A DNA stretch of 64,000 nt from Callorhinchus milii. Taxonomy: Eukaryota. Below the pieces are notes generated by a model. That model was given only the letters and a program-made list of their open reading frames with translations. It made no database searches and was not told the DNA's origin. The translations under genes and the position numbers were made by a program. Of this stretch, positions 13,301 through 27,745 are shown one piece after another (position 1 is the first letter of the stretch; every line of letters begins with the position of its first letter). The stretch covers positions 7,256,001-7,320,000 of the forward strand of contig NW_024704742.1 in assembly GCF_018977255.1 (NCBI RefSeq), read 5' to 3'.

Positions 13301-15584
13301 ATTAACAGGGTTCCCGGTGTTTGATTTTTATTTTCCTTTAAACAAAAGAATTTAGTTTAAAAATGGACTTTCCCATATTTTAAACATTGTTTTCTGATTT
13401 TGTCAACTACAAAACTGGTTGACTTCCAGGTTGCAAAGTTGATGCTTCCTACATGATGCCCCTACATTCAATGCTAATATCACTTCCTGTGGGCAGGAAG
13501 AGCAGAAAGTGGTGCCATAGAAATCTGGCCAAAGAACTACAGTATATTGTAATTTAAAATGATACAAGAAAAAATATGAATTCATATTCCTCAATTTGGA
13601 AAACTTGATTTTTACCATTTAAATCTGGATAGCAGCAAACCTAATGTAATTATTCAGCCTTAGAGTCAACCTCCTGAGTGACAAATATCATTACTCAGAA
13701 AACCGACTGTAAGGCTTAATAATTACATTTCATTGCTGCTCATGACATACCCTCCACGTTGTCAATATACATAGATTCTGTTCAGCAGTTACTGCCTCTG
13801 CACNTTTTTTAAAACTTGCATGATAATTCTTGCTCCGAGTAGCTATCCTGCATGAAGGATACTATATAAATGCAAGTTGTTGCATTCGATGCAACGTCCA
13901 TAACTGCATCAAAACCGCATTACAAGTAATTGTTGTCAAATGTAATGACTGCATATTTACGGACAAATGCGTGAGGCAGACAAGATGTTGAGAGCAAGAG
14001 TCTAGAGTCAAACTGAAAGCATCACCCATTAGCAAATGAAACCTTATGTAGCTCCAATGTCAATGGATCTGCTTTACACATGACCCCATTGTATCTGACT
14101 GCAGGCAGGGTTGCTAAAGCTGTGAAACCAAAGGAATCCGTTTCATGTAGTCTCAGTGGAATTCATAGTGAGCCAGTGTTTTTGCTATAATGCATCTTGT
14201 AGATATACTACACCTTACTAGAGGTTTTCATTGTCTACAGGTTTCGGATAAGTAAACTTCAAAAAGATTTTTTTAGCGGTTGACAAGTGAAAATGGAGGG
14301 TTTTTGCTGGAGCTGNAAAAAAAACTGGTCTGTTCCAAAACTGCTGGAAGATTATTTTCTGAAACAAAAGCAACTGAAAGTTGGGATTGGGTATCCCATG
14401 ATAGGCTTCCGATTCAAATTTGATACCAGACTCCTATTTGGGTGGTCTGAAACTGGATTCTGATACAATTGTTAGCATTTCTCAGTTGATTCCGCTACCC
14501 TAAAGTCAAAGTTCAGCTCATCGGAAACTTGATTCAACTATCTGAAGATCAACATAAGTCAGAGACTTAATTGCACTGAAAATTTTCTCAAGCTCCCTTA
14601 TTGTCCATTAAAGACATGTTCCTTTAAAGCAGTATATGAATGTACCAGCACTACACTTTAATACCTTTATTACAAAATCCATTACTATTTCCCCAGTGAT
14701 TCAGTTGGTAAAACTATTGACTAACGTGAAACAAATGCCAAAATTCCATCTAGTCTTAGCCCGTAGGGCCATTTCATCTTAAAGTTGAAGATTGCGAAGC
14801 AAAAAGTCCTTCAATTCAGTCTTAATTTGAAGATTGTTTCTTTTGAGAAATGGAAAAAAAAATCCAAATTAATGGGACAACCCTACTGGTTCGGGATTTG
14901 GTTTATAGAGTTAACAGGAGCTGGATATAAAAATCCCAGTGACCAGTCTGACACTCCATGTCCTGCTGATGAGTTAGGCTGTCGGGTCTGACATCAACAG
15001 TGCCCTGGAGTACTGAGGACCCGCCTGGCTCAGCAACTGGAGTCTCAAGACCATTACAAAGGATTGACTCAAAAAAAATTTTAAAAAATAATCTGGTCAC
15101 TCAATCCACAAGTGTTTGTGGGACACTGCCGGGCACAATTGGCTGCTGTGTTTCGCCCACAAAATGTGCAGTCAATTCACTTTGCAGTATATTCTGTGAA
15201 GCGCTTTGAGACGTCTCAACGACATGATAAGGTGCTATATCAAATGCAAGGATTAATTTTATTACTACTATTACAAGGAGTGTGCCTGAAAGATTTCCCT
15301 GGCTTAAAATATCATTTCACGTCCCACAGTGTATTGCACAGTAAGGATATACCACTTTTCATCTACAGTATTTGGCTGTAAAGTGTATTTACTCTAGACT
15401 CGGTGAGAGAATTTGCAGAATGTGCACTGAGCAAACCCACAACATTGTCAGAAAGGTTCCAGCAGAATCAGAGCATGTCTAAGTTCACTGTTCAGCACTC
15501 CCCTGGCTGGACAAGATTGACTGCATTGTTTAGACCTCTGGCGCTGACGGCATCAGCATCCAAGGCTGCACTCTCCACCTCTCA

Positions 15585-16285
15585 AAGCAGTCAGGAACCT
15601 CGGGGTTCTGTTCGACCCTGAGCTGTCCTTTCTCCCTCATATCTGCGCCACAACTGGCACCGCCTTCCATCACCTCCGAAACATCGCCAGACTACGGCAC
15701 TTCCTCAACCCTCACGCTGCTGAAACTCTGGTCCACGCCTTTATCACCTCAAGGCTGGACTATGGGAACTCTCTCCTCACCGGCCTTCCCGGCACCTCCC
15801 TCCACACTGCAGGTCATTCAGAACTCTGCAGCTCGTGTACTGTCCCGCACCAGAGGATCGAATTCAAGATCCTCATCCTCACCTACAAGGCCATTCACGG
15901 CCTTGCTCCCTCCTACCTCTCTGACCTACTATCCCCCTACCTACCTGCCCGTACCCTCCGTTCCTCTGGCTCCGGTCTGCTCCACATCCCCCGCCCCAAC
16001 CGCCCTACCATTGGTGGCCGGGCCTTCAGCCCCGAGGCTCAGGAACTCTATCCCCCAGTGCCTTCGCCGCTTCCTCCCTTTCCTCCTTCAAGGCCGGTCT
16101 CAAGACCTTTCTCTTTGACCGTGCCTTCAGCTCCCCTCTCGACTCTCTACCCCCTCCTCGCTCCCTCCCTCCCTTCCCTCACCCTGACCATTGCCCCCCT
16201 GCTCGGGTCCTGACCCAACTGTACAGCGCCTTGGGATGTCCTCCCGATGTGAAAGGCGCTCTATAAATGCAATCTTGTTGTTGTA
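15585..16285 (+). mobile_element. L2 LINE 3' fragment (same family as 36922-37710, internal deletion)
   Basis: High similarity; lacks the segment between two ccag microhomologies (gcaccag|aggat). Confidence 0.9.
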
Positions 16286-17118
16286 GACTCTTTATCTTAA
16301 ACATAAGTTTAAAACAACACTTGAAGAGACTTGGGTCCCAGATCAATATCTACCAGGAAATAATTTGAGTAACACAAACACTGAGTTGTGTGGTATGATC
16401 GAATCAGATACAGAAAACGATGTTTCTATTGTTCACAACTACAGGATGTTGTCAGCTCCATGATGTGCAATTCCTTCAGTAATGGCTCAATTTAACTCAA
16501 ATGGATCGAACATGATTGGAGTTGGGACTTCAATTTGTATTAAAGACAGGTTAATACGCATGAGTACACCATAATTATTTGTAGGTTTTGGAAACTGTCA
16601 CCAGGAACTGAGTCCTGTGTCACTGATGCACAAATTGTGTGACTCCAGAAAATGCCTATAGCTCCAGAAAAGTGCCAGGATCATATGTTGTCTGAAAAGA
16701 CAGGCCTTTGCAATTTTGTAGCTCCTTATATCCAAATGTCTCAAAGCACTTTGCAGTAATTATTGTCAAGTATAGTGACTGTCTTTTTTTTAAGCCATCA
16801 TTCTACGCACAGCAAGATCCCACCAACAGCCATGTGGCGAAAGGCTAGGTACAAAAACTGTAAGCCACTTCAACAGAAAATCCCTTCTCATTTCACCATT
16901 GTGTGCTTGGACCTTGAACGTACACTTGAAGACCAGGAAGCAGTGTCCTCTCCAACAATGCAGGGCTCCCTCAGTGCTGGAGCGGAATGGCAGTCTCCAA
17001 CAATATGGCACTATCCACGTTGGAGAATAAAGATTTCACAAACCACAACTTGCATTTACGTAGTGCCCTTCACCCCTCACAACATCCCAGAGTGCTTAAA
17101 TAGTTATATTTAACTTTT

Positions 17119-17452
17119 GTGGAGTCCTGTAGCTCAGTGGTTAGAGCACTCGCTTTGCAAGTGAGAGACCTGAGTTCAATTCCAGGCACAGGGCGAAACC
17201 TTGGGCAAGTTTTCTTACTCCACACAGAGCCTAATAATAATCCCTCCAAAACCAAAAACAATAATAAATTGGTCATTTTCAATCTACGACTGTTTGTGGG
17301 ATATTGCTTTGCGCAATTGGCTGCCGCGTTCGCCCACAAATATACAGTCAATTCACTTTACAATGTGTTCTGTGAAGCGCTTTGGGATGTCCTCTCGATG
17401 TGAAAAGCGCTATATCAAATGCAAGGATTATTATTATATTATTATTATTATA
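17119..17452 (+). mobile_element. Young tRNA-Ala-derived SINE, short subfamily
   Basis: Nearly identical to 53720-54045. Confidence 0.92.
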
Positions 17453-17950
17453 TAGTGCCCCTCATACAAGGTAACGTCACAAAGGTAAATTGGGAAACTA
17501 AATTGGATGCGAGATTGGAGCAGAGTAGTGGGGGAAGCTGCCAAACAGACAGAATCAAAGAGATAGTTATTTTTTTAAGGTGGATTTTGAAAGCAGGCAA
17601 AGAGGTTAAGGCACAAGGATTCAGAAGAGGGGTTAAAAGGCTGAAATCCTGCCCGCCAATGCTGAGGTAGAGCAGGCAAGGGCATGAACCAGACCAGAGT
17701 TGACAGAGCAGGGGAATAGAATTACAGGAGATCACAGAGGGAAAGTAGGGCTTGGCCATGGATGTATCTGAAGGTAAGGGTGAAGATTATAACATTGATC
17801 AGTTGGGGGATAAGGAGCCGGGGGAACCGAGCGAAGATTGGGGTGATGGGCTCTCTTAGACTAGTGTCGGAGAGAATGTGGGCTGAAGAGTTCTGGAATT
17901 TGAGGAGGGCATAGCCAAGGAGACCAAAGAACAGGCCAATGGAGAAATCA
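17450..17950 (-). mobile_element. Degenerate L2 fragment
   Basis: Minus-strand FQNSSAHILS..ITPIFA..LIPQLI motif. Confidence 0.7.
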
Positions 17951-18000
17951 GGCTGGACTGTAAGGCTCAAGTCCAAATATGTGGCTTGAATCAATTGGAT

Positions 18001-18700
18001 TTTTTTTTCCCCCCCAAGCCGGGTGTCTAACACATGCAGAAACCCATCACCGTGCTTAAGAGTATCCAAACCAAGCTGAGATTTCCATGCATCCCACCTA
18101 CACATGGAAATCCCAGAGATAGATGTTGGAATGGAATGCAGACTCTCTCGCTAGTGGGACCCATCCTACTTATCTAATTCACGGAAAGTATTAGGCACAG
18201 GTTGGCAAAAGTCAAGGCTTGGGGACCTCAACGTGTATGTTGGGGTAACTGTTGAAGTCTAACCAGCTAAAACCACGTAGCTTGCCATTGATATCAAGCT
18301 CAGTGGTTAGAGCACTAACTTTGCAAGCGAGATCCAGGTTCGATTCCGGGCAGGGTGAAACCCTGGGCAAGTTTCCTTACTCTACAGGATGGATAATAAT
18401 CCCTCAAGAAAAAAAATAACAATTTGGTCACTCAATCCACAACTGTTTGTGGGACACTGCTGTGCCGCAATTCGCCCACAAATATGCAGTCAATTCACTT
18501 TACAGTATATTCTGTGAAGCGCTTTGAGACGTCTAGAAGACGTGAAAAGCGCTATATCAAATGCAAGGATTATTATTATATTATTAAGCAAGCTTGCCTG
18601 CTGCTTGTTCAGCGAGGACCACCCTACCCATTAGGGTTTTGGTTTGCAGGGTCAACAGGAGCTGAGTTGGATGATTCCCTAATCAAAAAGATAGAGGTTT
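18001..18700 (-). mobile_element. Unclassified retroposon copy split by a SINE
   Basis: T-run, then the same consensus to about 18296, resuming at 18588 (caagcttgcctgctgcttgttcagc..caggagctgagttgg). Confidence 0.75.
18297..18585 (+). mobile_element. tRNA SINE inserted into the unclassified retroposon
   Basis: Flanked by caagct on both sides; host sequence resumes at about 18588. Confidence 0.85.
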
Positions 18701-19366
18701 AAAGCCCACCAACCAAGACACGTTGCCATCAAGCAGTGCTACAATATTTCTGCTGGAATAAAAATAAAAAGTAATATACGATTGTTATACAAAATATACC
18801 CCCAATGTTTTTTTCCTTACAGGATTTTTAATATGAGAAATTTGCAGAAAATCACGCTCAAACTGCATTAGGAAAGCATGCAATTTGTCTTCAGAGCAAC
18901 AAAGGGCTTCAAGTGCTCAGTGGGTTAACAGTCGAGAAGCACATTTTATCACAACTGTGCTTTGTGCAGCACATTTGTCAGATTCACATCCTTCTGCATC
19001 CCTGAGCATTTATTTCAAGAAAAGTGATCCGTAATTAAGTGGAAGGCAGAGGTGTGCACCATTCGCACAATTCATCAACACGAGCAAAATTGTGGTATTC
19101 CCATTACTGAAGAAATTATCATGTTCCTGTCACTCCCACTGCCAAAGTAAGGTAGATTTGGCATCCAGGGAAGCGGATTTTTATTCTAAATTGAAATCAT
19201 TTGAAATAGTAATCTCGGAGACAGGTCACTGGATGCCTGAGGGATCAAATAATAGAATATTATTGTACCAACAAAGGACAATTCATGCTCAATGTGCTCA
19301 CACAGGAGAGATCTGTGCATCACAGAAGTTTTTTTTAAAATATAAAAAATATTTTCTCAAACTCAC

Positions 19367-19576
19367 ATGGGACCGAGGTTTTGGCCAGAGACCAAAGTGA
19401 GTGCCTATCAACCCTGCTGCCCCACAACGGCTGTGAAAACATCTCCTTCTTTTTTCGGGAGATACGAAGGCAGAGGAGGAAAAAAAAGGGATTCGTTTCT
19501 GGAGATTATTTTGTTTTCAAATTCGAATCTATAAGGGCTGATGTTCCTCTTTCCGCAAAAGAAATGGGAGAAAATC
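19367..19576 (-). other. Candidate non-coding exon (minus strand)
   Basis: Acceptor aattgcacag|, donor |gtgagt; CpG-retaining; stops in all frames. Confidence 0.3.
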
Positions 19577-21964
19577 CTGTGCAATTTATTAAATAAAGGA
19601 AACCCTAACATAATCACCAGGGGTGCCTTGGATTCTAAGGCATTGAAATACAATTTTGCAGTATTAACAAAAAATAAACATCAGTCAGTGGTGATACACC
19701 TGCAATAAAGAACATTGATTCTTCTGAAGCAGTGTACTGTATGTAACAATGTGATATGATAATTATCACCAGAGGGATAAAATAGGCAGTCATCTTTGTC
19801 CTCAACCAAACAACCAGTTTGAAACTGAATATCCTCTTTCCCATACAGCCATCCCTCCCTCCCACCTGCCCCTCTCTCCTTCTGGGGAGACATCTCCCTC
19901 AACCACTTCAGAACTGATCTGCACCAAGGCTGGCCATCGAATAGTTAACATGTTTTGATTTTGTATTGATTCCTCCTAGCTCAAGTCTGGCAAGCTTCCT
20001 GTTGCATGTCCAGCTAAGCCGTCCTTACTCAGCAGGGATATGGCTTGTAGGGTTAAACAGGAAAACATACAGTCAAATCATTTTGCAGTATATTCTGTGA
20101 AACTTTTTGAGACGTCTCAAAGACGTCATAAGGCACTATATCAAATGCAAGGATTATTATTATTATTATAACTGAGTGGGAGGAATCCCTGCTCCCAGTA
20201 TTAATGCTACAGTGCACATGTGGTAGGATTGGTATTTTGGAGGGGTGAGCTGAAGGGCTTTGTTCATCAGTGCCTCTCTTGTGGTTCCATCCGAATCTGT
20301 GAATACAGCTGCAGAGTTTGCAATCCCCGAGACCCAAAGGTAACACCAGGCAATGAAATACGTGACGGACCACATCAGCACTCCTCGAAGATTTGACAGG
20401 AGATGTGGGAGAAACCGTACACTTAATGGAAGCACCAAGGTAAAAGGTCACATAGAATTTTGGATATTAGTAAAAGTCACTAAAGTTGCAAGTGATGACA
20501 ACTGAAACTAAGAAAAAAAACTGAACTCATAGAGAAATATTTGCTATGTAGAAAATAATAATATCAGGGTTGGATAAATTAACAATACTTTCATACAGCA
20601 TCCTTTCACTCAGAATAATGTCTTCACAATGGCAGGGTCAGATGCCAAGCAAGGAAGAGTTGCCCATAGGCAAGGTCGAAGAGGTAGGATTTAAAGATAG
20701 ATAGAAAGGGGTAGAGGCAGAGGGATAGAGGTTTGAGTTCCAGAGGTCAGTGGCATAGTGAGTTAAGGCTCGGCCACCAAAGGTCCCATTTTGATGCATC
20801 TCATGGATTTCAGGTCCATAGCATTTACACAGCGCAATAGGACTACTAATATTTGTGCTTAGAAAAACAAATAAAAGCCAGTAACTGCACAATATGGCTT
20901 GTCAGGGATTCCAAGTGGCCTCTGTGTCATTCTCAACAGATTAACTAGACCATGTAATTTGGCATCAGTTGAGAGACTAGCACTTTTAATTACCTAGCCT
21001 AGATTAATGCATTCTGTTACACTGGAACCTTGTCCTTTCACCCTTGGTGGCCGAGCTCGTAACTAAGCCAGAGAGAAAGTCTCCCGTCTTTGATGGCTGT
21101 AATTAAGTCCTTAGTGATATACATTTGGTCTCTGAAGACATAGTGGATACATATACTTGGCCCAAACCATCACTCAAATACAGCGCTAATTAGCAATCAC
21201 ATTCAAATGGATTGCAAGGGCAGGGGCAGTGCAATACTAGTGAAATGAAGCAAGTGTTATTCCGAAGCTATTTAAAAGGAATATTCCAGCTGCAGTCGTG
21301 AGCAATCCCTTCTGAGCTGACAAATACAACAAGAGTTTGCATTTATAGAATGCATTTCACATAGTGTGAAAGCATCTCAAAGAATCTTACAAAGATAATG
21401 GCAATCGCTGAACATGGAGGGGAGAGTGAGTTTGAGGTCAGCCAAAGGCAAGATCAAAGAGATACAAGAGGGCTCAGCCTAGTTGCTTAAAGCTCAGCCA
21501 CCGATGGAGGAACAGTGGAGACAAAGACATAGCAGCAGACTGAAGGAGATGTAAAGGGTGCCAGCAGTGTTGCAGGAAATTGCAGTGGTCGAGCAAGGAC
21601 TTAAAGCCAAGACCGTTGAAGCCCAATGCGTTGAGAAACTAGGAGCTCCATCTTGGTGAGGATGACAATGTGCGAAGAAAGGGGCCGGAGAGGATACGGT
21701 CTGTCTGAGCTGGAGTTTTAAGGATTGACCTAGTGCAGGGAAAACACTGCAGAAATCCAGTCTAGGGGGAGGGAGTTTGTCTGCATTCAAGGTGAGATAG
21801 TGGTTTCAGCAGATGATATTCTGGAGATGGGAGACAGTGGTCTTGGTTTTGAAACAAAGTAAAGGATCAAGCAAACAACGGTAGCTCTTGAATTTATGGT
21901 GCAGGAGATGAGATGGGCTACAGACTTACAGATGGCAGCAACTAAACCTTCAAGGTTCTATCCT

Positions 21965-23020
21965 TGAATGGTTCGGATCCTACCTCTCACACCAGCTCCA
22001 CTTTTCTCCACAGGCTTCTCCTCTTGCCCCCACACGTCTTGTGTGGTGTTCCTCAGGGCTCTGTCCTGGGTCCTCTCCAACCCATTGGTCACATCATCCA
22101 TAGACAAGGGGTCAATTTCCACATGTACGCGGATGACACCCAACTCTGTCTCTCTACCTCCACCCTCAACTCATCAAGTCCCGGATGAGATGCCAACTTT
22201 TTATAGTTGAACATCAGCAAGACCAAGGCTCTCCTGATTGGCTCACACCAGCACCTCCCCACCTCAGGCACTGGCAGCATCAACATTCACTGATGCAAAC
22301 TCCACCTCACCAAGCCAGTCAGGAACCTAGGCATCTTGTTCGATCCCCACCTGTCCTTTCTCCCCCACATCTATGCCATGACCCGCTTTGCCTTTCCCCA
22401 CCTCTGCAACATTGCCCGATTCTGCCACTGCCTCACCCCTCAAGCCACCAAGCTCTCATATGTGCCCTCGTTACAACCAGACTCGACTATGCCAACGCGC
22501 TGCTTGTCGGCCTTCCCAACTCTTACTTCCACAAGCCGCAGATCATCCAGAACTCTACACTCGTGTCCTCTCCCGCACCCAGCTCCGTGACCCCATCACC
22601 TCCACCCCTGACCGGCTCCACTGGCTCCCCATCCCTCAGAGGATTGAGTTCAAAACACTCGTCCTCACCTTCAAGGCCATTCATGGTTTTGCCCCTCCTA
22701 CCTCTCCAACCTGCTAACCCCTTATCAACATGTCCGCTCCCTCCGCTCAGCAGGCTCTAGCCTACCCCACGTCCCCGACCGGCCTGCCCCACCATCGGCG
22801 ATCAGGCCTTCAGCCTTTCTGTCCCCACCCTCTGAAATTCCATCTCACATTCCCTCCGCCTTGCTCCCTCCCGCCTCCTCCAAGGCCCACCGTGCTTTCT
22901 GCCACCCTCGTACCCTCTCTGCCCTCCACATTCCCTGATCCCATCGCCCCACCCCCCGCTCTGGTCCTAATCCCTGACTGTTCAGCGCCTTTGGACTTCC
23001 TCCCAATGTGAAAGGCGCTT
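21965..23020 (+). mobile_element. L2 LINE fragment including RT motifs
   Basis: [20 protein letters not shown] followed by the L2 C-terminal motifs and tail. Confidence 0.9.
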
Positions 23021-23061
23021 TACTTTTCGGCTGCTTTTCTCCAGCAATGATAATTGCTCAC

Positions 23062-23225
23062 CCTCATGAAGAGGACAAAAACATTCGCAAAAGCAAGAAA
23101 GGTACATTTACGAGTGAATCATTCGCATAAGGGTCTATACTGTAAGTGGAGGAGGATGTTTACTAAGCTTCGAAGGTTTTTCAGTGCTCAAATGGTTCGT
23201 GATCGCAGAGGTCTCAGTGGTAATG
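23062..23225 (-). other. Candidate non-coding exon (minus strand)
   Basis: Acceptor gctttctgttgctgcag|, donor GAGG|gtgagc; CpG-retaining; stops in all frames. Confidence 0.4.
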
Positions 23226-24009
23226 CTGCAGCAACAGAAAGCGATAATTAAGCTCATAGAAAATAACACTGACAAGCACTGCTGTTAATTAGCACTTAAC
23301 AGGAGGCAATGGAAATTGTCTTGCAGGTTATGTTCTGAAGTTAGCTTCTGAAGCCAGTATAAACAGAATCTTACATTGCGTGTTCAAAAGTAGAACTGTG
23401 CGCACAGTTGCTCAGTTATATAAATTGTGACTTTTCAAGAAGTTATTTGTAAACCATGTTACAGTATGCACTTCTATTCCGTGTTACAGTATGCACAAGT
23501 TAAATTTCACCAAAGTACTGACTGGAGCACAATTTTGTTTAGCCCAGATCAACACATTTGCCAGCTCGTGCCCATTGTATTTTACTTCCTTATTTCGCTT
23601 TTCAGCATTCCTGTCAATGTTTTATTTTTCATTCTAACAGTTTGTACTTCTGTCTTCTTCCAGGGTTTTTTTGTTGTTGGACAAATTGCTCTTCAGAACA
23701 CTTGAGAGTTGTTACGCATTTAATCTGTAGGTAGTTCTGCTCCCAGTCACCATATATTCTCTTCACAGCCTTTAGTGTCATGAGAGGCATCTGCCCGACA
23801 GCTGCAAGCAAGCTTTTTGACTTGAGACCGTGAGAGCAGAACTAGAGGGCACAGGTTTTAAATTAAAGAGCCTCTTGTGGGACTGGAGATTAGAACATTT
23901 TTTTGTGTGGTGGATTATGTATCTGTATGGGAAAAGTAGTGGAGGGTAGAGAAATAGGTACAGACTGAGATGATTTTTCTGGAATCTAACCAGCGAAAAC
24001 TGCTTAGCC

Positions 24010-24610
24010 TCAATGGCTCTCCATCTCCCAGCAGATCAAATCGAAGATTCTCTTTCTCAAATCCCTCGGGAGTCTGATCCCAAACGTTGCCTCCATGACA
24101 TCCTTCAATCCTTGAGAGAGGATCTTGGATTTGATCGGCTAGGAGATGGGGAGCCAATGGAGCTGAGCAAAAATGGCAGTGATAAGCTCACTAAAGCTGG
24201 TGTGGGAAAGGAGATAGGCTGCCTGAGGCTGACAAGCAGGGCATTAGCATAGTCAAGCCTGGCCATAATGAAAGGGTGGATGAAGATTTCGGTGGCTTGG
24301 GGAAGAGAGATAGTGACAGAGGTGAGCTACTGTACCAGCCATTCCCTACACTCTGAGAACACCGGCCTGTTTGATATTCTCCCATTGGCAGGTAAGCTTT
24401 TAGCCATTCTACCCCCACTGTCTGGAACTTCCTCCCAGACTCCCTCCAACATGCTCATTCCCTCACCTCATTTCAACATCTGTCTCAAACATAACTCTTT
24501 GACCGTGCTTTCAGTCATCTTTCCCCTCCCCACCTCGGCTCCCAACCCCAGCTTGGGTGCCCATCCAGCAGTGTTAAGTGCCCCAACGTGAAAGGTGCTA
24601 ATATAAATTA
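24010..24610. mobile_element. Rearranged L2 fragments (inverted pieces)
   Basis: 24013-24055 and 24117-24160 are inverted copies of the WLPI..QI.FKIL region; 24330-24610 is a + strand tail. Confidence 0.65.
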
Positions 24611-25707
24611 AATCGGAATTGCATTATTGCACAAAATGCCTCAATGGGCTGAGTGGCATTTTCTATTTTCCTGTTTCCTTATGTTCTTCTGCACTGTCAC
24701 AGGAGCGTGGGAATCAGGAGAGAACATGTCATGCTCTTTCGCAAGCCAGAAATACATGCAAGCTCCTTTGAACTACAGATTTAAATTGCAAGCTAAAGAT
24801 CTCAGCAAAGCCTGACTCAACACTATACCACATGCTTTGACTCATGCGAAGTCCTCTCCCACAACGTAAGACAAACACACCGAAACATGCAGTAAAACCA
24901 GCTACTGAATAAACGACTGTTCCCTTTGCCAATAACACAACTCTCTTCAGATTGCTTAACTTTCCCTCTCAAAGACAAGTGGCATCTGAATCACTGAAGG
25001 GTGTTACAGCTAGAATTAGACGTGGGTGGATAAATGGTGTGGCACCTTTCATGCTGAGAAGAAAAGGTTAATGACTCAATTGAAAAAAGCTGACTGTAAT
25101 CTTGCTCACCTATCTCCATTCTGCACAAGTTGTCAGCTCTCAGATGTTTAGCTCTGGGGATTGTTTGGTTGTCACATCTGAAATATGTTAGCTGCATATA
25201 CAAGTAATGTATTAATCTAATGGAATCTACGTATCAATGAATTTGACAGGGATTTTATGCTAACGTGCACTGGGAAGCCTCGAGCATTGTGAATACAGTG
25301 GATACAGTGGATTTGAATTTAGTCTCTTTCACCTCTGGAACCTGAGTGTGTGTGCAAATCCCAGCTTGATGGGTTGCTGTCATCTGTCTGTGTTGCATTT
25401 GAAACCAAAGTGAAGCGAATTTGAGTGATCTAATTTTAAGTTAGAACATGAGAAAACACTGATAAAGAATGGGACAAAATGTGCGCCACTCTACGTTTCT
25501 TCTCAAATAGACCCCTTAACTACTGTTGCTCTCTTCCAACAGCTTTTGTTTATTGAAATTGCATTAAACCACCAAGTTACCTTCCTCCTGGCCACTTGGT
25601 TTAAGGTACTGAAATGAGTTGTGAATGCCCGAGGCTTCACAAACCAGCTCCGGTACATTGTCCTTCCTTTGTTTAAATAAAATATATTTATTAGCATATT
25701 AATATAT

Positions 25708-26020
25708 CATAATAATAATTGTAATCCTTGCATTTGATATAGCGCCTTATCACGTTTTCAAGACGTCTCAAAACGCTTCACAGAATATACTGTAGAGTGA
25801 ATTGACTGTATATTTTGTGGGCAAAATGTGGCAGTCAATTGCACACAGCAGTGTCCCACAAACAGTCATGGATTGAGTGACCAAATTATTATTTTTTTTA
25901 AAAAGGGATTATTACTTCCCAGAAAAGTGATCTGCCAATCGACTAACAACCAGATTCCTACTTACTACTAGGTAAACAGAGACGTGTGGAATAATAAAGA
26001 CTTGCCTAACGTTTCGCCCT
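25708..26020 (-). mobile_element. tRNA SINE, long subfamily (5' truncated)
   Basis: Reverse complement of consensus. Confidence 0.85.
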
Positions 26021-27413
26021 GCAATTATACTTGTCTCTCGAATAACCAACTCGTAACAGAAAAAAAGCAACTTTTTCATAACCCGTTCGAAAACACCACA
26101 GACCCTCCTCTTGTGCGGGGTCCCTTTTTCTTCGCACTCCCATCTAGCAGAGAGACCTGGACATTGCTTACTGATTGGCGAGCCAATGAATCCCCTTTGT
26201 GGGGAGAGACAGACAGACTTGCATACATATGTTTTCAAGACGCTCTTTGGTTACAAGAATCCCTCTCTACAATATACCCTGGTATCCTGGAGCAGCTCTG
26301 GCTAGGATCAAGCCCCATCTGGCCTTCGCCTTGGCCTAACCGAGCTTCAGCACATCATTCAGCAGATATTTCCCATCCCGACCACCAGCTCAGGTCCGAA
26401 ACACTGATTGTCCAACGCCTTGAGAGGTCCTCTCGACATGAAAGCCACTATACAAATGTAACTTTTTGTTGTTGTTGTACTCCCAGTCTCTGGAGTGCAC
26501 ATGTCTGCGCCAGGCCATCTCCAACATGTCTTCTTACCTGAAGACCATCAGGTTTCTGAAGATCCAAAGGGCCTCATGGAACACTGAGCTGCCTACTTCT
26601 TTGTAATACAGTTGCCCTTTCCAATGAGGTCTGGCAGCATTATTCCCACACCGTGACTTATAGGAATTAAAAGTGCCTCCTTGCCTGCTTGTTTAGGTAC
26701 TTAACTGGGATTATTGCAGCTGTACAATGACTGGGTGCTTCAACTTGCTTCCAGCAGTAAGTCAAGATGTTTTCTATTGGAATATGTAGCATTCACAGCT
26801 GGTCAGTAAAGTGAATGTAGAACCATACAAGTGCCTGAGCCCTAAAGCAATCTTTTTGAGTTTCAAAAGCAGCCTTAATGATGAAATCCGTTCTTTTAAA
26901 GATGAACGTATCCATCCCAAGGGAAATCTGTGGAAAACAGGGACTTCTCACACAGCAAAGCCAAGTAACTAAAGCTATGAGAAGTGTCAGTGTGCTCCTC
27001 TTCATTGATAGCTTGATCATTTGTTCCAATTTTAAAAACCTGATCTGCTGTAGAATAAATCTCTCCTTCTGGCTGAACTAATTGACAGCAGCCTTTGCAT
27101 TTCAAGAGTGGTGGGTGGGGGGGGCTCTCTGACTTAGCATGAGACCACTGACATGCTCCTTTTTCAATTAGCCAATTGATTTATGTCAGTTAATGTTATT
27201 AAATGTTCGATTGATTGGTGAAAGATATGAGATATTATTCTTTACGTCAACAGTCTAGTGCAGTCGGGTATTCAAGGGCATCTACCTATAGTGATCCCAT
27301 AACACTGTCTGAAAAGAGAAGGGAGTTTCTCTCAATGCCCTGACCGTAGGTCCTCCAGATAAATTGTTGATTCGTCTGCTCATGTTTGTTTATGTGTGAG
27401 ATCTTTGATGCAA

Positions 27414-27745
27414 ATAATAATGATTCTTGCATTTCCTATAGCTTCTTATCATGTCTTTGAGACATCTCAAAGCGCTTCACAAAATATACTGTAAAGTGAA
27501 TTGACTGTATATTTTGAGAGCGAAACGTGGCAGCCAATTGTGCACAGCAGTGTCCCATAAACAGTCATGGATTGAGTGACCAATTTATTATTATTATTTT
27601 AGAAGGGATTATTGCCCCCGGAAAAGTCATCTGCCAATCGACTAACAACCGGGTTCCTATTTACTGCAAGGTAAACAGAGGCGTGTGGAGTAAGGAAACT
27701 TGGCCAACGTTTCGCCCTGCCGGGAATTGAACCCTGGTCCTCTTG
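27414..27745 (-). mobile_element. tRNA SINE, long subfamily
   Basis: Reverse complement of consensus. Confidence 0.85.

Noticed and set aside
13804..14316. Two single N bases
   Set aside because: Assembly ambiguities next to homopolymer runs; no biological signal.
14960..15000. CTGATGAG as a hammerhead core
   Set aside because: No GAAA box after the potential stem II.
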